Part shown: piece after piece, positions 14,817-20,000 of the stretch
Layout of the letters: each line of letters opens with the position of its first letter
Position numbering within the stretch: the stretch's first letter is position 1
Source: an uncultured virus (IMG/VR IMGVR_UViG_3300021964_000019)
Lineage: Duplodnaviria; Heunggongvirae; Uroviricota; Caudoviricetes
Virus record (IMG/VR): IMGVR_UViG_3300021964_000019
Length of the DNA stretch: 20,000 nt
Direction: 5' to 3' (one strand)
Position numbers and translations under genes: made by a program
The notes under the pieces: generated by a model
What the model saw: the letters and a program-made list of their open reading frames with translations, nothing else
Told to the model about the DNA's origin: nothing
Databases searched by the model: none

Positions 14817-16318
14817 TGAGTTTGAGAAGATTTGATATTTCTCAGTTATCTGGCCCTCCTACTTCTATAGTAGAGGCGGAATTAGTCTATGTAGGCTCTA
14901 ATAATGCTCTTGAATGGGTATCTACAGGGGCCTATGCTGTCTCTCTTTCTAGTAATGTAACTTCTGTAAATGAAGGCCAATCAATTAATATAACTCTTGA
15001 GCATGGTAATAGAGCTCCTGATGGAGAATCTTTTGCTTATACAATTACAGGAGTTTCTTCTGCTGATATTAATTCAGCTCCTTTAATAGGAGCTTTTTAT
15101 ACAGGAAACGCTGAATCTATTGTTTTAAATACGTCAGAAGATTTAACTACAGAAGGAACAGAAACCTTAACCATTACTTTAGATAGTTATCCACGTGTGA
15201 ATACTTCTATTACTATATTAGATAGCAGCCAAGATCCTGTAGGATCTAATTATTTTACTACTGCTGGAAGCCATACTTTTGTTGTCCCCGAAGGTGTTGA
15301 AAGTATTAGTGCTGTAGTAGTAGGCGGAGGCGGAGGTGGTGGAGGAGCTGCTCGCTCTCCATACAGTGGTTTTCCACGAGCACCGGCTAACTCTCCATTT
15401 ACTCCAGAAATTAATCTTATGTATTCTCCTAGTCATTATCAAGGCAAGGGCGGAAATGGCGGAGACTTAGCTTGGGCTAATTCGATTCCTGTTACTCCAG
15501 GAGAAAGTTTAACTGTTGTTGTAGGCGCTGCAGGCAATGGCGGGAGTGTTGTTTATGGCTCAGCAGGAAATGCAGGAGGTAATGGTGGAGCATCCTATAT
15601 AGCTAGAGGAGGAACTACATTAGTTTCTGCAGGCGGAGGAGTTGGAGGGTTATCAACTCTTGTACCTCGATACAGCACTGGATCGGCAGGCTCAAACCCA
15701 GCTAATAGTACCCCTTTTGTTTTTGATCCAACAATTACAGGAACAACAGGAGAATACAGAGGTGGAGTTGGAGGAAGAAGTTGGTCAGATGATGGTAATG
15801 CTGAATCAGGTAGCTTTAACATAAATCCCTCAATCTCTAGCGGAGGCGGTGGGGGAGCTGCTGGATATGAAGGTGTTGGTGGCGGAGGAGGAAGCTTAGG
15901 CAGTTATTATCCTTTTGTTGATACGGGTAATGGTAGTGGAAGCCCCGCACCTGCTGGTGGTGGTGGTGGAGGTCAAGCATCTCGCTCTTATTTCTTTAAC
16001 ACAACTTCTCCATTTTTTCCAGCCTATGTCCTTACAGGAGGAGCAGGTGGCGGAGTAGGATTAACAGGTAAAGGCCCTAGCGGAGCAGGAGGAGCTCCTC
16101 CTTATACGCTATCACACGGATCATCAGTTGGCGGAGATGGATCACCTCCAGGACCATTTCATGGTGGCGGAGGCGGAGGAGCCGGATCAGGAATGTTGTA
16201 TATTGGCCGTCCTTCATTCGGTACTTATCCTGGCGGATATGCTAAAAACCTTGCTACAAGCGGTGGCAATGGACAAGTTGGAGGAGTCGGAATTAAATGG
16301 GGAAATACTTACCCTTAA
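14816..16318 (+). CDS. Putative tail-fibre-like protein: N-module + Ig-like domain + glycine-rich domain
   Basis: SVNEGQSINITL...DLTTEGTETLTITL, then FTTAGSHTFVVPEGVESISAVVVGGGGGG...VTPGESLTVVVGAAG...GGNGQVGGVGIKW, a phage glycine-rich domain. Confidence 0.7.
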   Translation: MSLRRFDISQLSGPPTSIVEAELVYVGSNNALEWVSTGAYAVSLSSNVTSVNEGQSINITLEHGNRAPDGESFAYTITGVSSADINSAPLIGAFYTGNAESIVLNTSEDLTTEGTETLTITLDSYPRVNTSITILDSSQDPVGSNYFTTAGSHTFVVPEGVESISAVVVGGGGGGGGAARSPYSGFPRAPANSPFTPEINLMYSPSHYQGKGGNGGDLAWANSIPVTPGESLTVVVGAAGNGGSVVYGSAGNAGGNGGASYIARGGTTLVSAGGGVGGLSTLVPRYSTGSAGSNPANSTPFVFDPTITGTTGEYRGGVGGRSWSDDGNAESGSFNINPSISSGGGGGAAGYEGVGGGGGSLGSYYPFVDTGNGSGSPAPAGGGGGGQASRSYFFNTTSPFFPAYVLTGGAGGGVGLTGKGPSGAGGAPPYTLSHGSSVGGDGSPPGPFHGGGGGGAGSGMLYIGRPSFGTYPGGYAKNLATSGGNGQVGGVGIKWGNTYP

Positions 16319-16327
16319 GGAGTATAG

Positions 16328-17326
16328 ATGTCTATTAAACTAGTTAGTATAAATGCATTAGATACTACGGGCGCCAAGCCTGGATCCAACCTGATATGGG
16401 TAGCAAACAATGCGTCATTTGAGTGGATTACTGGTGTTTACACATCGCCCCCTACTTATTCATTTCAAGGTTCTTCATTTGGTTATGCCTTTGGTGGGGC
16501 TTATACTTATAACTCTATTCACAAAATTGATTTTACAGCAGATTCTCCTTCTTCTACTAGTTCAACTTTGATTAATCCATCTTATTCTATTGCGGGTGCT
16601 CAATCTTCTACAGATGCTTATGCTATGGGAGGAGAATTAAATTCTCCTACTAGATACGATATTATTCAGAAAACTCCTTTTTCTTCGGAAACAAATGCAA
16701 CAGACGTTGGAGAACTGACAGGCACTTTAGCATATACTGCTTCTCAATCATCATCAACAAATGGATATACTACAGGAGGCTACTTATCAAACAGTATTGC
16801 TGATGTAATGCAAAAATTTCCTTTTAGTACTGATTCTCCTGCTTCAGACATAGGAGAACTTTCAATAACTAATAATCAGTATAGGTCAGGTCAATCTTCT
16901 TCCACAGATGGTTATGCTTCTGGAGGCTGGCCTGCTTATACAGATGTTATTGATAAGTTTCCTTTTAGTACCGACACCTCTAGTACCGATGTAGGAGAGA
17001 TTGCCTTCACAGGCAGAGGATTTGCTGGAGCTTCTAGCACTACTCACGGATATGGAGCCGGCGGTGTAAGTAGTGGTGGTCTAGCATGGAACGTAATTCA
17101 GAAATTTGCGTTTGGTAGTTCGATAACAGGTACTGATGTAGGAGACCTATCATCAAATAGAGACGGGGCACAAGGACTTTCTTCTACTACTTTTGGATAT
17201 GCTATCGGAGGTGGTTTTGCGGATGTAATGGAAAAATATTCTTTTAGTACGGATGGTAATTATCAAGATGTCGGAGAACTTACTGTTTCTGTAGGGATAA
17301 TGGGATCAGTAGGAGCTCAAACATAG
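16328..17326 (+). CDS. Putative virion protein with six Kelch-like repeats (six-bladed propeller)
   Basis: About 47-aa repeats S.SSTxGY..GG....D.I.KFPFS.D..A.DVGEL; SD AAGGAG. Confidence 0.7.
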   Translation: MSIKLVSINALDTTGAKPGSNLIWVANNASFEWITGVYTSPPTYSFQGSSFGYAFGGAYTYNSIHKIDFTADSPSSTSSTLINPSYSIAGAQSSTDAYAMGGELNSPTRYDIIQKTPFSSETNATDVGELTGTLAYTASQSSSTNGYTTGGYLSNSIADVMQKFPFSTDSPASDIGELSITNNQYRSGQSSSTDGYASGGWPAYTDVIDKFPFSTDTSSTDVGEIAFTGRGFAGASSTTHGYGAGGVSSGGLAWNVIQKFAFGSSITGTDVGDLSSNRDGAQGLSSTTFGYAIGGGFADVMEKYSFSTDGNYQDVGELTVSVGIMGSVGAQT

Positions 17327-17327
17327 T

Positions 17328-17561
17328 ATGAAGTGGTTTATCATTGCATTAGTTTATTTTAATAATACAGAAGAGATAAATATTCATAAAATGACATCTC
17401 CTTCTTTTTCTACTAAAGAAAACTGTATGAATTATTATATTAATGAACCAAGTGTAAAACAAGACATTTTATTATTAGAACCAAACCAAAAAGGACATAC
17501 ACTGTTGTGTCTTACTCAACAACAAATAGATCAACTAGATATATCTAAAATAGGAACATAA
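17328..17561 (+). CDS. Hypothetical protein with hydrophobic N-terminus
   Basis: MKWFIIALVYF...; two Cys. Confidence 0.6.
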   Translation: MKWFIIALVYFNNTEEINIHKMTSPSFSTKENCMNYYINEPSVKQDILLLEPNQKGHTLLCLTQQQIDQLDISKIGT

Positions 17562-17562
17562 A

Positions 17563-17703
17563 ATGAAATGTAAAAAATGTGGACACGATTGTCATTGTAA
17601 CTGGGATTCTTGTGATTGCGGTTGTGATGTTTGTGATTGTGGTAAAACTCATGAAGACCCTTATAATGGACTACCATCTGATGTGGAGCCTGATAGATCA
17701 TAG
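17563..17703 (+). CDS. Cys-rich metallothionein-like microprotein (46 aa)
   Basis: Hand translation MKCKKCGHDCHCNWDSCDCGCDVCDCGKTHEDPYNGLPSDVEPDRS; SD AGGA; fills the intergenic gap. Confidence 0.7.
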   Translation: MKCKKCGHDCHCNWDSCDCGCDVCDCGKTHEDPYNGLPSDVEPDRS

Positions 17704-17714
17704 TGGAGGTGTAG

Positions 17715-17921
17715 ATGACTAAACAAGATCGCTATATTCAAACTAGAATTCAACAACTACAAGAAGATATGAACAAAGCCCATGACCCTCACGATAAACA
17801 GTGGTATAATCGCTGTATTCAAGAGCTAAACTGGGTAGCTCAAATGAAAGATAAACCAGATCACAATTGTTATATGGAAAAAACTATTGGATCAGAGTCT
17901 TTTAATATGAGTAACTTTTAA
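17715..17921 (+). CDS. Hypothetical protein
   Basis: 68-aa ORF with strong SD GGAGGT. Confidence 0.7.
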   Translation: MTKQDRYIQTRIQQLQEDMNKAHDPHDKQWYNRCIQELNWVAQMKDKPDHNCYMEKTIGSESFNMSNF

Positions 17922-18082
17922 TGCATTATAGTTGCTCAGATTGCCTTCCTGATAAACAATGTGGCATCTGTGAAATGAAAGAAATAGATGCTAGAGCTCA
18001 ATGGTGGCAAAAACAGAAAAAACAACTTGAAGAAAGGATTAAAAATGAACCTAGAAAAATTGAGAGAGGAAATAGCACATGA
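17921..18082 (+). CDS. Small CxxC-x5-CxxC protein (53 aa)
   Basis: Hand translation MHYSCSDCLPDKQCGICEMKEIDARAQWWQKQKKQLEERIKNEPRKIERGNST; TAATG coupling; overlaps the lysozyme start. Confidence 0.55.
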   Translation: MHYSCSDCLPDKQCGICEMKEIDARAQWWQKQKKQLEERIKNEPRKIERGNST

Positions 18083-18485
18083 TGAAGGTGTGGTACATGA
18101 AATTTATTTGGACCACCTTGGTTTGCCTACTTTTGGCATTGGTCATCTTGTTCGCGATGATGACCCCGAACACGGTTGGGAAGTCGGAACGCCCGTTGAT
18201 GAGTCTAGATGCAATGAAGCCTTCGAACAGGATATCCAAACAGTCTTGTCTGACTGCGACAAGCTTTACCCAGAGTTTGCCGATTTGCCAGAAGAAGCTC
18301 AAAGAATCATAGCAAATATGATGTTTAACCTCGGTTATCCACGTCTCTCAAAATTTAAAGGCATGAAAGCAGGTGTTGATGCACGTGATTGGAATCGTGC
18401 AGCAGATGAAATGGTTGATTCTCGTTGGTACAAACAAGTAACTAATCGTGCAGAAAGACTAGTAGCGCGTATGAGAGCAATCTGA
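18045..18485 (+). CDS. T4-type lysozyme (GH24 endolysin)
   Basis: DEGVVHEIYLDHLGLPTFGIGH (E-x8-D-x5-T triad), NMMFNLG, AADEMVDSRWYKQVTNRA. Start ATG 18045 after AAGGA. Confidence 0.92.
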   Translation: MNLEKLREEIAHDEGVVHEIYLDHLGLPTFGIGHLVRDDDPEHGWEVGTPVDESRCNEAFEQDIQTVLSDCDKLYPEFADLPEEAQRIIANMMFNLGYPRLSKFKGMKAGVDARDWNRAADEMVDSRWYKQVTNRAERLVARMRAI

Positions 18486-18580
18486 TGAGTTGGTTAGAAG
18501 AACTATTTGACAGATTTTTAAAAAAATGGTTTAATATAGATAATAACCCTCAATATTTAACCGGTAAAGGTAGGCAATGA
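18485..18580 (+). CDS. 31-aa amphipathic peptide
   Basis: Hand translation MSWLEELFDRFLKKWFNIDNNPQYLTGKGRQ; coupled at both ends (TGATG, ATGA). Confidence 0.5.
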   Translation: MSWLEELFDRFLKKWFNIDNNPQYLTGKGRQ

Positions 18581-19080
18581 TTAGAATATATATTCTAGTT
18601 GTTATAATTATGGCTTTGGGTGGTGTTGGATATGCAGCTAAGTATTATTATGATACTACCCAAGCTACTATAGCAACTTTAAGAGAAAATAATGCAAAAC
18701 TTGAAGGAGCAGTTGAAACTGCTGAAGCAAGTATTGCCTCTTTACAACAAAATGCAGCAAAGATGCAAGAGTTAAATACTCAATTAGCAGCAGATTTACA
18801 AAAAGCTGAAGCTTATGGCGATGAACTTCGTGGTAAACTAAGCAGAATGAACCTAGTTCAAGACGCTTTAAAAGACGCTGCAGAATTAGAAGGAAAGATG
18901 AATGGTGCAACAGCAAAACTTTGGCGTAGCTTTATGGACGACACTGGTAATATTAACGAGTATGATCTTCCTGAGTGGTTGCGTAGGGAGGACACCGGAA
19001 CCGGAAATCAAAGTAGTAACGAAAGTGGAGCAAGTTCAGATACCGAAAGTGTCGAGACCGAAACCACTACAACTAACTGA
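18577..19080 (+). CDS. i-spanin (Rz-like)
   Basis: Single N-terminal TM helix followed by a long coiled coil; downstream of the endolysin; overlaps a lipoprotein gene. Confidence 0.75.
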   Translation: MIRIYILVVIIMALGGVGYAAKYYYDTTQATIATLRENNAKLEGAVETAEASIASLQQNAAKMQELNTQLAADLQKAEAYGDELRGKLSRMNLVQDALKDAAELEGKMNGATAKLWRSFMDDTGNINEYDLPEWLRREDTGTGNQSSNESGASSDTESVETETTTTN

Positions 19081-19300
19081 TACCCGAGTTCGAGTAGTTA
19101 CTAAAGACACACTAGATGTATTCTTAAAAGAGTATGAAGAGCAATATGGAACTATTGCTTTTGTTGCTTTGAGTATGCGTGATTATGAAAATCTAGCATT
19201 AAACGTTGCAGAGTTAAAAAGATATATTAATCAACAAATTGAAATTATAGTTTACTATGAAGAGGCTGTAACAGCAGAAAAGGAAGAGGAAAAGAAATGA
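18902..19300 (+). CDS. o-spanin (Rz1-like lipoprotein)
   Basis: Hydrophobic signal with lipobox LSGC and a Pro-rich linker (TPEPE, PKVSRPKP); overlaps the i-spanin by 179 nt in another frame. Confidence 0.75.
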   Translation: MVQQQNFGVALWTTLVILTSMIFLSGCVGRTPEPEIKVVTKVEQVQIPKVSRPKPLQLTDTRVRVVTKDTLDVFLKEYEEQYGTIAFVALSMRDYENLALNVAELKRYINQQIEIIVYYEEAVTAEKEEEKK

Positions 19301-19722
19301 AATATTATTTAATTATGTTTGCAATGTTGTTTGTAGTATCACAGGCTGTAGCAGATGATTTTTTACAAATGAGAGAATACAGAAACAATCTTTGTTATGA
19401 TGGAGATACTTGTTATGTAACTGCCCCCTCACTTCCAGAACCTCTTCAAAAAATGAGCGTCAGAATTTTAGGAATTGATACTCCTGAAATTCGTGCTGAG
19501 TGTGATGAAGAAAAGAAGCTAGCTTTAAAAGCCAGAGAACTAGCTAATAAACTATTTAGAGAAGCAGAGAAAATTGAATTTGCTAATCTAAAATGGGATA
19601 AATATGGAGGACGTGTATTAGTTGATGTTTATCTCGATGGTAAACTTTATAAAGATGAGATAATTAATGCTGGATTAGCTCGCCCTTATGACGGGGGTAC
19701 AAAAGAAGGATGGTGTGAATAA
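19297..19722 (+). CDS. Thermonuclease (SNase family) with signal peptide
   Basis: YDGDT, VRILGIDTPE, DKYGGRVLVDVY and GLARPYDGG motifs; N-terminal signal ending QAVA. Confidence 0.9.
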   Translation: MKYYLIMFAMLFVVSQAVADDFLQMREYRNNLCYDGDTCYVTAPSLPEPLQKMSVRILGIDTPEIRAECDEEKKLALKARELANKLFREAEKIEFANLKWDKYGGRVLVDVYLDGKLYKDEIINAGLARPYDGGTKEGWCE

Positions 19723-19847
19723 TGGATTGGTTTACATCAGATCTTATTCATGCCATGAATGAAACATCTTGGTTCGATGGCATTGGAACAATCGTAGTTT
19801 TACTTGTTGCCTATGCAGCATTTAGATGGATTAGGAAAAACATATGA
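19722..19847 (+). CDS. 41-aa single-TM membrane protein
   Basis: Hand translation MDWFTSDLIHAMNETSWFDGIGTIVVLLVAYAAFRWIRKNI; TAATG coupling. Confidence 0.6.
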   Translation: MDWFTSDLIHAMNETSWFDGIGTIVVLLVAYAAFRWIRKNI

Positions 19848-20000
19848 TCGCGAGAATGTTTGAAGATACGCTATGGATATATACAGCTATAGGAGGCTCA
19901 CTTCTTGGCGCAGCCTTCCTAGCATATTTTAAAGATACGAGAGCTGGTCTATGGTGCTATGCTAAATTAGATCAGTTCCTCGATTATCTTGTTGCTAAAT
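19844..20000 (+). CDS. Membrane protein (partial)
   Basis: MIARMFEDTLWIYTAIGGSLLGAAFLAYFKDTRAGLWCYAKLDQFLDYLVAK...; SD AGGA; open to the window end. Confidence 0.6.
   Translation, partial: MIARMFEDTLWIYTAIGGSLLGAAFLAYFKDTRAGLWCYAKLDQFLDYLVAK

Noticed and set aside
16328..17326. CRISPR array or DGR template/variable repeats (e.g. TTTCCTTTTAGTAC at 16817 and 16958)
   Set aside because: The repeats are in-frame protein repeats (141 nt = 47 aa) with ordinary divergence. There is no adenine-specific mismatch pattern and no reverse transcriptase or cas operon in the window.
10249..18916. Short alternative-frame or antisense ORFs (10249, 13223, 15218, 15595, 15642, 16128, 18051, 18079, 18668)
   Set aside because: They are nested in or antisense to stronger genes and are expected by-products of Gly-rich or GC-richer coding sequence.
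1..20000. Stop-codon reassignment (alternative genetic code)
   Set aside because: Recognisable genes are full-length in code 11, and TAA, TAG and TGA all end genes at sensible, often coupled, positions.
1..20000. Bacterial chromosome or eukaryotic giant virus origin
   Set aside because: The lysozyme-spanin cassette, DsbA-like protein, fibre genes and dense small hypotheticals argue against a chromosome. Sigma70 promoters, SD sites, bS21 and tmRNA argue against an NCLDV. No capsid or terminase gene is in the window, so the phage call remains an inference.

Overview
AT-rich segment of a large dsDNA tailed phage that probably infects a Gram-negative alphaproteobacterium. The host is inferred from an alphaproteobacterial-type two-piece tmRNA and from two-component spanins. 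Two transcription blocks diverge from an AT-rich promoter region at about 7795-7980. The leftward block (minus strand) holds a translation module (thioredoxin-like ORF, ribosomal protein bS21, a hypothetical ORF, and a circularly permuted tmRNA encoding the tag ANDNFAIEDYRLAA). It continues with a small exported beta-strand protein with an OMP-like C-terminus and a glycan cluster (methyltransferase, five glycosyltransferase-like genes, a 2OG-Fe(II) oxygenase and a ColD-type dehydratase). The rightward block (plus strand) holds hypotheticals, a zincless Fpg/Nei glycosylase, a DsbA-like DNA-binding protein, a structured RNA element followed by four coupled micro-ORFs, a PD-(D/E)XK nuclease and IscA. 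It then has four modular virion/fibre-type proteins sharing an N-terminal module, Cys-rich microproteins, and a lysis region (T4-type lysozyme, overlapping i-/o-spanins, exported thermonuclease, small membrane proteins). Several short ORFs missing from the supplied track were translated by hand. All family assignments come from motif recognition, not database searches.
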